64,000 bases of DNA from assembly GCA_963741205.1 (NCBI GenBank), contig CAVUHW010000026.1, positions 64,001-128,000 of the forward strand, read 5' to 3'. Numbering within the stretch: the first letter of the stretch is position 1; each line of letters begins with the position of its first letter. This stretch comes from Nitrospirota bacterium (lineage in GTDB: Bacteria; Nitrospirota; UBA9217). Under the pieces are notes generated by a model. It did no database searches, was not told the origin of the DNA, and saw nothing but the letters and a program-made list of their open reading frames with translations. Shown one piece after another: positions 53,810 to 64,000 of this stretch. The translations under genes and the position numbers were made by a program.

Positions 53810-55792
53810 CTAACTGTTTTCGCCGTGCGGCGTAGCAAAGGATGCCCCGCGCCGTGCCGCCATATCCATGAGTACGCGTTCGGTGCCGAAGCGTCCGGGT
53901 TCGTACTTGCGGATCTTCAGCTTCTCCCGAGCGGTATCGATGAGTTTTAGGGCCAGTTCGAGGATCTTCCCCGGGTCCTCTTCAAAGTAGTACCCTGCGG
54001 TCACCATGTCCCACCATTTGTTTTCCATGATGTCCTTGAGCGTTTTGCTGGCGCTGACCGGAGAGCCCGCACCGAAGATGATCGGCACCCCGGAGGCAAC
54101 GAAATACGTACCGATCGCGATGGCCTTTTCGCTCATCCACTCGGGAGCGATGCCGACGGCGGGAAGGCCGCCGATGTCGTCACCAAGCCCACCCGCCTCG
54201 GCGATATGGGACGCGATCGTCAGGATACGCGAGTTATCCACGCAGGATCCGAGATGGAGCACCGGCGGTATACCGATGGCCTCGCATACCTCGCGAAGGC
54301 CCTTACCTGCATTCTCCAGCGCGTTTTCCGGGGTCATGTAGCCCGCTTTTGCCGAGGCATGCGCCGAGCACCCGGTCTGGACGACAAGCACGTCGTTTTT
54401 AATGAACTCGCGGGCAAGGAAATTGTGCAGGCTGTCCTGGCTGATACGGGGATTGTTGCAGCCCGCTAGACCCACGACGCCACGAATGCGCCCGGCAATA
54501 ATGGCGTCGTTCAGCGGCCGGTAGGAACCGCGAAACGTGCCGCCCTGCATATACTCGATATACTCGTCGGAGAACCCGGCGATCATATCGGCCGGCTTCA
54601 CGTTTATTTTCCCTATATCTTCTTTCCTGCGGTTCTGGAAATTATCGATGGCAAGCCGGACCGCCTTCTTGGCGATGTCCAGGCCATGGTGCTCATTGTA
54701 TTCGATATGAACGGCATCCTTCATTCTCCCCTTCGGCGTCGTCGTGATGATCTTCGTATGGTATTTCTTCGACAGCTCGCCGATGGCAGGCATGATACAC
54801 TGAACGTCAACCACCATGGCCTCGACCATGCCGGTCAGGATGCCGAGCTCCTGCTGCAGGAAGCCCCCTGCCGTGTTAATGCCGTGCCGGATGAGGATTT
54901 CATTCGCCGTGCAGCACATGCCGACAAGATTGACGCCTTTGGCGCCCTTGGACTGGGCATAGGCCGTAATCTCCGGATCGTCAACGGCGACAACCAGCAT
55001 TTCCGCAAAAGACGGTTCATGCCCGTGCACTACGAGGTTAACGTAGTCCTCCTTGAAGATGTCGAGACCGGCCTTCGCCTTGATTGGTTTGGGGGTCCCG
55101 AACAGGATATCCGAGATATCCGTGCCCATCATGGAACCGCCCCAGCCGTCCGCCAGCGCGGTGCGCATGGCGCCGAGCATGATGTTGTTTGCTTCCTGGT
55201 CCACGCCCATAGTGGTGCGGTGCATCATCTCCACCACTTCGCGGTCGATCGCGCGGGGCGCGATGCCGAGCTTTTTCCAGATTTCCTGCCGCCTTTTTGG
55301 GGCTCGGGACAGATAAGCAAGTTCACCCCGCTGCTGGCCGAACTGGTCCAGAAACTTGAGCGCCACCTTCTCAGCAACCTCGTTTACGGCCTTGCCTTCG
55401 ACATTGATGCCGAGGTAGCCGGCCACCCGGTTCAGCTTGCGCACGTCCTTGATCTGGAAATCCTTGGCCTCCCCGCGTGCTACGGCAAGCAGGGTGTTCG
55501 CAAGGTCTCTTGCATGGTCAGAATGCGCGGCCGTGCCCCCGGCCACCATGCGCGCGAAGTTCCTCGCCGTCACCACAGGCAGGGATGCGCCGCACACGCC
55601 CTCGGCTTCGTCCTCCTTGCCCACGAGTCGGCAGGGACCCATGTGACACATCTTGCAACAGGCGCCCTGGTGCCCGATGGGGCAGGGTTTAAGCCTCTCC
55701 GCGCGGTCGAACGACGTCTCTATCTTTTTTTGCGAAGCCACCTTGAGGATGGCCTGCGCAGCCGGGTCAACAGACTTAAGATTTTCTCTCAT
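53810..55792 (-). CDS. cooS: Anaerobic [NiFe] carbon-monoxide dehydrogenase catalytic subunit
   Basis: D/B-cluster CPIGHQGACCKMCHMGPC..CGA; C-cluster ligands HGHEP, MCCTANE, DVQC, AGCNN, TGC, GSCVDN; SEKA. Confidence 0.96.
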   Translation of the reverse strand: MRENLKSVDPAAQAILKVASQKKIETSFDRAERLKPCPIGHQGACCKMCHMGPCRLVGKEDEAEGVCGASLPVVTARNFARMVAGGTAAHSDHARDLANTLLAVARGEAKDFQIKDVRKLNRVAGYLGINVEGKAVNEVAEKVALKFLDQFGQQRGELAYLSRAPKRRQEIWKKLGIAPRAIDREVVEMMHRTTMGVDQEANNIMLGAMRTALADGWGGSMMGTDISDILFGTPKPIKAKAGLDIFKEDYVNLVVHGHEPSFAEMLVVAVDDPEITAYAQSKGAKGVNLVGMCCTANEILIRHGINTAGGFLQQELGILTGMVEAMVVDVQCIMPAIGELSKKYHTKIITTTPKGRMKDAVHIEYNEHHGLDIAKKAVRLAIDNFQNRRKEDIGKINVKPADMIAGFSDEYIEYMQGGTFRGSYRPLNDAIIAGRIRGVVGLAGCNNPRISQDSLHNFLAREFIKNDVLVVQTGCSAHASAKAGYMTPENALENAGKGLREVCEAIGIPPVLHLGSCVDNSRILTIASHIAEAGGLGDDIGGLPAVGIAPEWMSEKAIAIGTYFVASGVPIIFGAGSPVSASKTLKDIMENKWWDMVTAGYYFEEDPGKILELALKLIDTAREKLKIRKYEPGRFGTERVLMDMAARRGASFATPHGENS

Positions 55793-55940
55793 GACGTTTA
55801 AAAACTCCTTCCTACAGGAGATGCATCATCGCCTGTTTACAAACCATTGGATTATACAAAATTTTTAAAAAAACCACCTGAAGCTTACAGCCGCCAAGTT
55901 GATTTATATACCGTTTCTTGTTTCATTTCTTCAGGACAGG

Positions 55941-58112
55941 CTACTCCTGAAGCGCAGGCTGCTTGACCACCATGACTTTGGCAACGCCTGACCCCGACAA
56001 CAGCCCCTCGTTCATGGCGAGCAAAAGGCCGGACGCGGACACCGGGACAGATGGGACCGTTTCCGCCGCAACAGGCTTAAAGGTTGCTGCGCCGAGTTTG
56101 CCTGCCTTCACTTTCTTGATCGCAGCTGCGACGTCTTTAAGCTTGAAGCCTTTCGCCGCGTTCAAAATTTGCGACAGCTCGGCTGCGATGTCGGCGCCAT
56201 CCTTCGCCTCTCCCGAGGCGATTTGGGCCTGTGAAACGGCCTTGGTCATGCCGTAGGTATTCATGATTGTCCCGTGCTTTTCATACAATGCGGCAAGCGG
56301 GAGCACGACATCCGCCTTTTCCGTAAGGCCGGTCATGTGGCTGGCCAGAACGACCACCATATCCGATTTGAAGTCGGCATCCGGAGTTGCACCGGCGATC
56401 AGGAGCGCCTTCATGCCCGATTTCATGTCACGGTATCCCGCGCCGGCCTTCATGGCCTTCGTAAACCCGGGTCCCCTGTCGGACTGACAACCCATCTGCA
56501 GAACTCCCAGTGCATTTGCTTCGAGCATCAACGGCAGCACACCGGCATTTTTAAGGAGCGCAAGATTCAGCGCCTGCATCGACGCCTCCACACTGCCGGA
56601 GATCCCGGTCCCGATCACGACAACTGGCTGTTTCGCTGCGGCATACGCCTTTGCCGCGGCGATGATTTGTTCGGAAGAAACCCCCGACCCGGAGGCCGCT
56701 TCATCGACGCTCACCAGGGCTTTCTTGAGTGCGTCTGCGCCCTTTGCCGCCGGCGCCGCGCCTTCAGCCAGAACTGCCGACATCAGTCCGGCAAGGAGCA
56801 CCGGGTCAGATCCTGCTTTCAACTGAAGAAGGATGGCGTTCTGATGTCCGGCCAGGTCCGTCTTCACCGTGCTGATGACGATCACCTTTGCGCCGGCCTG
56901 CGCCCTCCTTCGGATCATCACGTCCACTTCCTGGAGCGACTGTTTCTTCTGCGACGGATCGGCGCCGATCACGACAACGCAGTCGGCCGATTTCAGGTTC
57001 GCGGAGGACGCGATGCAAACTCCGTTGTCGCCGTGCATCGTACGGAGCGCGGAGATGACCCCGGAGGCATAGGCTGACGCGGGCGTATCGATATTGGAGC
57101 TTCCCACCACGTCGCGGGCAAGCGACTGGACTGCAAAGGCCTCTTCGTTCGTGAGCGAACCGGAAGCGATGAACCCGGCATTGCTACCCGCTTTCTTGAG
57201 ACCGTCGGCGGCGATTGAAAGGGCGTCTTCCCAGGTCGTGGGGACGAGTTTACCTCCCTGCTTCTTCATCGGGGCGGTTACGCGGTTTGCGGACCGTAAA
57301 GAACCGAAGCTGAAGCGGCCGATGGCGCAGATATAGCCGTTGTCTTCCTTGGCATTCACTTTCACGATCTTGCCGTCTTTGCTGCTCGTTGTTACGCTGC
57401 AGCCCGAGCCGCAGGCGGTGCATACCGTGTCGTGTTTTTCGAGCTCCCATTCCCTGCCGTGCAGCCAGCGATCCCGTTCCATGATCGTGTTCACCGGGCA
57501 GGCGTCCACGCAGGACCCGCAGAAGGTGCAGCCCGACTCGTGAAGCGGCTTGTCCATGGCCGTCGAGACCTTGGTGGTTATGCCGCGGCCCATGAACTCC
57601 AGTACGTTTGTGTTCTGCTCCTTGCAGACCCTGACGCACCGGCCGCAGAGGATGCAGTAGTTGTTATCGATTGTGATGAAGGGACTCCGGTCGTTCAACT
57701 CGTAATTGAAGCTTTTCCTGCCGAAGGACGATTCGCGGATGCCGAGGTCCGCCGCGTAGCGCTGCAGGTCACAGGCGCCTGCCTTGGGGCAGGTCATGCA
57801 GTCCAGCGGGTGGAATGATAAGATAAGGTCGGTCACGAACTTCCTGATCTCCTCCACCTTGGGGGTCTTGGTCTGGACCTTCATGCCTTCCTTGGTCCGG
57901 GTCGTGCAGCCGGTGACCGGCGTCTTCATGCCCTCTATCTCTACCATGCACATGCGGCACGCGCCCACGCCGCGAAGTTCCTTGATATGGCACAGGTTCG
58001 GAATATGTATCCCCACGGTCGCGGCCGCGTCAACAAGCGTCATTCCTTCCGGCACCGATACGGTCTTGCCGTCAAACTCCATATTCACCATCTTGGTCAT
58101 AGCAACCTCCAA
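55941..58112 (-). CDS. NuoG/FdhA-like Fe-S subunit with a degenerate molybdopterin-fold domain
   Basis: [2Fe-2S] CHI...GACRMC...C; H-x3-C-x2-C-x5-C; two 4Fe-4S (CILCGRCVRVC, CTFCGSCVDACP); CTACGSGC...C; no Cys/Sec at the Fdh active-site position. Confidence 0.85.
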   Translation of the reverse strand: MEVAMTKMVNMEFDGKTVSVPEGMTLVDAAATVGIHIPNLCHIKELRGVGACRMCMVEIEGMKTPVTGCTTRTKEGMKVQTKTPKVEEIRKFVTDLILSFHPLDCMTCPKAGACDLQRYAADLGIRESSFGRKSFNYELNDRSPFITIDNNYCILCGRCVRVCKEQNTNVLEFMGRGITTKVSTAMDKPLHESGCTFCGSCVDACPVNTIMERDRWLHGREWELEKHDTVCTACGSGCSVTTSSKDGKIVKVNAKEDNGYICAIGRFSFGSLRSANRVTAPMKKQGGKLVPTTWEDALSIAADGLKKAGSNAGFIASGSLTNEEAFAVQSLARDVVGSSNIDTPASAYASGVISALRTMHGDNGVCIASSANLKSADCVVVIGADPSQKKQSLQEVDVMIRRRAQAGAKVIVISTVKTDLAGHQNAILLQLKAGSDPVLLAGLMSAVLAEGAAPAAKGADALKKALVSVDEAASGSGVSSEQIIAAAKAYAAAKQPVVVIGTGISGSVEASMQALNLALLKNAGVLPLMLEANALGVLQMGCQSDRGPGFTKAMKAGAGYRDMKSGMKALLIAGATPDADFKSDMVVVLASHMTGLTEKADVVLPLAALYEKHGTIMNTYGMTKAVSQAQIASGEAKDGADIAAELSQILNAAKGFKLKDVAAAIKKVKAGKLGAATFKPVAAETVPSVPVSASGLLLAMNEGLLSGSGVAKVMVVKQPALQE

Positions 58113-58117
58113 TTAAA

Positions 58118-58236
58118 AATTCCCTATTTCAAAATGATAAATCCCAAATACGGTCCAAATTTCAAAGTTCAATTACCAAAACGTTTGGAATTTGATAATT
58201 GGAATTTATGTGTGATTTGCCGCTTGATGCTTGCTT
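58118..58236. repeat. AT-rich degenerate inverted heptamer arrays
   Basis: aatcccaaat/tccaaat/ttcaaag/ttcaatt ... tttggaa tttgata attggaa ttt. Confidence 0.55.
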
Positions 58237-58848
58237 CTATTTTTCCGGAGCCACGGACTGATGCGTATAGTCCGTGCTGCACGCCAGGGCCGGCCGCTCC
58301 ATGACCGCCTCTTCCGATATTAAGATCGCGCCCTCGGGGCAGACCTTTATGCACTCTCCACAGTGGGTGCAGCGCCTCTGCCGGATCCGATAGGGGGTGA
58401 AACCGCCTTTATACTGAACCGCCAGCACCCCTTCGATGGCGACGTCCTGGCAGACTCCCCGGCACTTGTCGCACATGGTGCAGCGGTCGGCGTCGATCTC
58501 GTAGCGGACGAGGTTTTTGCATTCACGGGTAGTGCATACGCCCTTCAAGTGCCTGTCGAGGTCCTCGGCATGGTCCTTCAGGAACGCGGCCAGGATATCC
58601 GCATGGTCCTTGCCCTTCTTGCACATGCCGCCGTCCTTTACGTCAACAGCGATGCGCTTGAGCTGCGCAGCATGCTTCTCCTCGCCCTTCCCCGCCTGGA
58701 TCATCTCAAAGATTTTGATTGCGTCGTAGATGCCGAGTTTGCAGGGGTGGCACTTGGAGCACATGCCGTCCTTGGAGTCGTCATAGTAGAATTTCTGGAG
58801 CCTGATCTTGGTGGCCATCACCGGGCACTTATTTTCCAGCTGCGACAT
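58237..58848 (-). CDS. Stand-alone NuoF/HydB C-terminal module (NADH_4Fe-4S domain + 2x[4Fe-4S] ferredoxin)
   Basis: CSKCHPC...GGMCKKG, H..GVC....C, CTMCDKCRGVC and CTHCGECIKVCP. Confidence 0.8.
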   Translation of the reverse strand: MSQLENKCPVMATKIRLQKFYYDDSKDGMCSKCHPCKLGIYDAIKIFEMIQAGKGEEKHAAQLKRIAVDVKDGGMCKKGKDHADILAAFLKDHAEDLDRHLKGVCTTRECKNLVRYEIDADRCTMCDKCRGVCQDVAIEGVLAVQYKGGFTPYRIRQRRCTHCGECIKVCPEGAILISEEAVMERPALACSTDYTHQSVAPEK

Positions 58849-60727
58849 GGGCCCCTCCCTTTTCGATCACGATTGCTCGCGTCGGGCAGACGCTGTAGCA
58901 GGCCTTGCACTTGGTGCAGTAATCTTGATCGATGTAGAACTTGTCCCTGAGCTCCACCACGGAATCGAAGGCGCAAGCCTGCTTGCAGAGCCCGCAGAGG
59001 ATGCAATGCTCGGGAAGGATGCGGAAGGACCCCAGTCCCTGGCATCGCTTGGCGCGGCAGTACTTGTCGCGCACATGCTCCTCGTATTCCTCGCGGAAGT
59101 ATTTGATCGTCGAGAGCACGGGGTTCGGCGCGCTGTTCCCGAGGCCGCAGAGCGAACCGGCTACGATCGACTTGCCCATCTTCTCGAGCTTCTCGATGTC
59201 GCCTTCTACGCCTTTTCCCGTGGTGATCTTGTCCAACAGTTCGTACATCTGCCAGTTGCCTATGCGGCAGGGAGGACACTTGCCGCAGGATTCGGTCTTG
59301 GTAAAGGAAAGGAAAAACTTGGCAACGTCCACCATGCAGTCGTCCTCGTCCAAAACCACCATGCCGCCCGAACCCATGATCGAGCCCACACTGGCCAGCG
59401 TATCGAAATCCGCGGGCATGTCGAGGAACTGCTCAGGGATGCAGCCGCCGGAGGGACCGCCGGTCTGGACCGCCTTGAACTCTTTGTCCGGGTTCAGCAT
59501 GCCGCCGCCGATGTCGAAAATGATTTCCCGGAGCGTGATGCCCATGGGCACTTCGATAAGGCCCGTGTTCTTGATCTTGCCCGTAAGGGCGAACACTTTC
59601 GTCCCCTTCGATTTTTCGGTGCCGATCTTCGTATAGTAGTCCAACCCCTTGTTGATGATCGTGGGGACGTTCGCAAAGGTCTCGACGTTGTTCAGGTTTG
59701 TGGGCATTCCCCAGAGACCGCCCGCCGCTTCGGACAACCTCGGGGGCCGGGGTCGCGGCATGCCGCGATCGCCCTCGATGGACGCGATGAGCGCCGTGGA
59801 TTCACCGCACACAAAGGCGCCTGCGCCTTCCTTAATCTCGATGTCAAACTCCAGCCCGGAACCGAGGATGTCCTTGCCCAGGAGGCCCATGGCCCGGGCC
59901 TGGCTGATGGCCACGCCGAGGTTTTTCACGGCCAGCGGATATTCATGCCGCACGTAGATGTAGCCGTGCTGGGCGCCGATGGCAAAGGCGTTAATGATCA
60001 TGCCCTCAAGCACGGAATGCGGATCGCCTTCCATGACCGAGCGGTCCATGAAGGCGCCCGGGTCGCCTTCGTCACCGTTGCACACCACGGCCTTGACCTT
60101 GGCGCCGGATTTCTTGGTGTGCTCCCACTTGAGGCCTGCGGGAAAACCCGCGCCTCCGCGGCCGCGGAGACCGGACTTCTTCACGATATCAATGACCTCA
60201 TCGGGCTTCATTTCAGCAAGGACCTTCGCAAGTGCCGCATATCCGTCCTCGCGGATGGCGTCGTAGATATTGCACGGATCGACGACGCCGTTGCGGTGGA
60301 GTGCCACGCGCTTTTGCTTCTTGTAAAAGGGGATGTCCTGCACCTTTTCATTCGGTTCGGACATGGGAAATTCGCGGTAGAGCTGCTTGCGGTAGGGCAC
60401 GTTGTGGAGCACGGAGTCGGAGAAGAGCGATGGCACGTCGGCCACCTTCACCTTCTGATAAAAAATGTCCTGCGGGTCCTGGATCACCACCGGACCTCGC
60501 TGGCAGAAACCCTGGCATCCGGTCCTCACGATCTCGAGCTTCACCTGCTTTTGGGCCGCTTCTTTTTCGAACTGGTCGATGAGTTTCAGGGACCCTGTCG
60601 CCTGGCATGCGGTGCCGCAGCAGACGCGCACGCGGTGCGCATCGCTTTCCTCGCGCTCCTTCTGGAGCTTCTGGCGCAGGGCAGCCAGGTCCTGTCCGTT
60701 CTCAATGCGCTTAAACGTGAGTTCCAT
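58829..60727 (-). CDS. NuoF/HydB-like NADH-binding flavoprotein subunit
   Basis: N-terminal [2Fe-2S] (CCGTAC..CQGFC), GLRGRGGAGFP, NGDEGDPGAFMD, GAFVCGE, ESCGKCPPCR..CGLG and C-terminal 2x[4Fe-4S]. Confidence 0.92.
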   Translation of the reverse strand: MELTFKRIENGQDLAALRQKLQKEREESDAHRVRVCCGTACQATGSLKLIDQFEKEAAQKQVKLEIVRTGCQGFCQRGPVVIQDPQDIFYQKVKVADVPSLFSDSVLHNVPYRKQLYREFPMSEPNEKVQDIPFYKKQKRVALHRNGVVDPCNIYDAIREDGYAALAKVLAEMKPDEVIDIVKKSGLRGRGGAGFPAGLKWEHTKKSGAKVKAVVCNGDEGDPGAFMDRSVMEGDPHSVLEGMIINAFAIGAQHGYIYVRHEYPLAVKNLGVAISQARAMGLLGKDILGSGLEFDIEIKEGAGAFVCGESTALIASIEGDRGMPRPRPPRLSEAAGGLWGMPTNLNNVETFANVPTIINKGLDYYTKIGTEKSKGTKVFALTGKIKNTGLIEVPMGITLREIIFDIGGGMLNPDKEFKAVQTGGPSGGCIPEQFLDMPADFDTLASVGSIMGSGGMVVLDEDDCMVDVAKFFLSFTKTESCGKCPPCRIGNWQMYELLDKITTGKGVEGDIEKLEKMGKSIVAGSLCGLGNSAPNPVLSTIKYFREEYEEHVRDKYCRAKRCQGLGSFRILPEHCILCGLCKQACAFDSVVELRDKFYIDQDYCTKCKACYSVCPTRAIVIEKGGAHVAAGK

Positions 60728-61199
60728 GTTCGCTCCTCACTGTAGAGATGATGTCGTCAACCATCCTGGGCGTCAGTTCGCCGAAGAGGTCATGGTCGTT
60801 GATCGTGGTAACCGGCGCGAGGGCGCAACACCCTACGCATCCCACGGTCTCGAGCGTGACCGAAAGGTCGGCGGTGGTTTCGCCTTCCTTGATCCCGAGT
60901 TTCTGCTCCATTTCGGTCAGGATCGCCCTGGCACCGCGAACATGGCATGCCGTGCCCATGCAGACCTTGACCACGTTCTTGCCCCTGGGTTTGAAGTGAA
61001 AATGCTTGTAGAACGACGCAACGCCGTAGATATTGTTCAGGGACAGATTCAGTCGTTCTGCGATCATCTTCATAGCCTCTTCGGGCAGATAACCGATCTT
61101 TCCCTGAACTTTCTGGAGCACTGAGATGAGCATGCCTCGCTGACCCGCAGCGTCATCGAGGACAGCATCAACCTTATTGATATCTTCTTGCTCGAGCAC
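60711..61199 (-). CDS. NuoE/HydC-like [2Fe-2S] subunit
   Basis: YGVASFY, VCMGTACHVRG and CVGCCALAP; AGGAGG RBS. Confidence 0.92.
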   Translation of the reverse strand: MLEQEDINKVDAVLDDAAGQRGMLISVLQKVQGKIGYLPEEAMKMIAERLNLSLNNIYGVASFYKHFHFKPRGKNVVKVCMGTACHVRGARAILTEMEQKLGIKEGETTADLSVTLETVGCVGCCALAPVTTINDHDLFGELTPRMVDDIISTVRSEHGTHV

Positions 61200-61361
61200 A
61201 GTACGAACCTCCTTCTGAACTTATGCAAAAAAACAATGAACTCAATATGTTACGTAATTTTCCAGCCCGAATAGTACGAAATTGTCACCTAATGCTGATA
61301 CTAACTACTTGGAGCTCGCGAACCGATGTCGTATATGATTGAATTTTACTAGAGGAATACT

Positions 61362-61410
61362 ATATTAACAACCGATGTTTAAAAAATCAAGAAAAATAAA
61401 ATAAAAAATT
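61362..61410 (-). promoter_or_regulatory. Sigma70 promoter with AT-rich UP-like tract for the nuoEFG-like/cooS cluster
   Basis: Minus strand TTGATT-17 nt-TAATAT with extended TG, preceded by T-tracts. Confidence 0.5.
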
Positions 61411-61563
61411 TCATATTGGAATTATCGTTATCTTTTAAAATTGCCGATCAATGTGCCGTGGATGTTCGGCCGTTGTAAAAGGAATCTGCATCATTAATAT
61501 CCTGTCGTGCTCCGAATCAATAGTCCGTAAATGGGACTCGGGGATTCAACCCGGCTGGGAGGT

Positions 61564-62998
<1,435 letters not shown>

Positions 62999-63033
62999 GG
63001 CCTACCCTCGTAAAGGTTTCATCGCGAAAAGAT

Positions 63034-63887
63034 CTATTTCTCGCAGAGAACTGCGTGCCGCTGCTTCCATGTTTCAAAGGATTCCCTCTGCTCCGGGGTA
63101 TAGGTTTTCTGGCGGTCATAAGGATGTCCCAGTCCACGAGGTGCCCGTCGAATTCCGGACCGTCGGTACAGGCAAACAAGGTCTGGCCTCCCACCGAAAC
63201 GCGGCATCCTCCGCACATTCCGGTGCCGTCCACCATGATGGGGTTCAGGCTCACGATGGTCTTCACGCCGAAGGGGCGCGTCGTATCGGAAACGAACTTC
63301 ATCATGATAGCCGGTCCCACGGTGACCACGAGACCGGTGCCGCCCTTCTCGAGTTCCTTGCGGAGGGCCTCGGTCACCACCCCTTTCATGCCCTTGCTTC
63401 CGTCGTCGGTGGTAACGAGCACCCGGCTGCAGACCTCTTCCATTTCTTCTCATAGATCAGGAGGTCCCTCGACCTGGCGCCCATCACGCAGACGACTTCA
63501 TTGCCCGCCGCCTTGAAGGACCGTGCAATGGGATACAGCGGCGCAACGCCGAAACCGCCGCCCACGACGATGACCTTGCCGACATGTTCGATATGGGTGG
63601 GATTGCCCAGCGGACCGCAGAGGTCGAGGATAGAATCGCCCGGTGTTCATGATCGACATTTCCGTGGTCGTCTTGCCCACGGCCATAACGATCAGGCTGA
63701 TGGTGCCTTCAGCGGGATTGATGTCCGCCAGAGAGATCGGGATGCGCTCGCCTTTTGCGTGGAGCCGCAGGATGACGAACTGGCCGGGCTGCGCCTTCCT
63801 GGAAATGAGCGGCGCCGCGACCTTGAAATAAAATACATCCGGTTTCCGAAGTAATTTCTTTTCCAGAATTTTTGGCATAGCTCGCAT
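63034..63887 (-). CDS. nfnA: NfnA / sulfide-dihydroorotate dehydrogenase-like FAD/NAD-binding subunit (SudB), frameshifted
   Basis: PGQFVILR..GERIP, TDDGS.G, GP..MMK and SLNPIMVDGTGMCGGCRV...CTDGPEFD. Confidence 0.88.
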
Positions 63888-64000
63888 CGTTCCTTCTGCG
63901 GCAGTACGAATTCCTGAATATCACTACACGCGTTTTGTCTAAAAGATTTTGGATTTGCTTTACCGAGGTAAAGCGGGAAGGGTGTCCGCGCTACAATTCG

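Overview
Chromosomal window from a GC-rich, diderm, probably anaerobic bacterium; gene content suggests a Nitrospirota/Desulfobacterota-like organism (inference, not tested). Left to right: the membrane-arm genes of a Hyf/Ehr-type group-4 hydrogenase-like operon (hyfB-C-E-F, running off the left edge) behind a TauE + DUF1634 pair; glnE; a thioesterase and rnr; a compositionally mosaic accessory block (RND pump, PagL-like, MgtC, a MITE-like element, HtrA-like protease); selA-selB; several small, regulatory and secreted-protein genes; sppA; a diguanylate cyclase; guaB; an Ogt/MGMT whose catalytic Cys codon is an in-frame TGA followed by a SECIS-like hairpin (candidate selenoprotein); murJ, rpsT, holA, lptE, leuS, der, an RRM gene and rpsU; a pilMNOPQ operon; and an energy cluster nfnA-nfnB / nuoE-nuoF-(extra NuoF-C-terminal subunit)-nuoG-like / cooS that looks like an electron-bifurcating (HydABC/Bfu-type) CO dehydrogenase. 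About 15 genes, including essential ones (leuS, holA, murJ), carry single-base frameshifts, most simply explained as uncorrected long-read indels. Intergenic spaces hold heptamer/octamer tandem arrays and REP-like palindromes. No rRNA, tRNA (including tRNA-Sec), CRISPR array or transposase was recognised. All calls are from motif recognition by eye; no database search was run.
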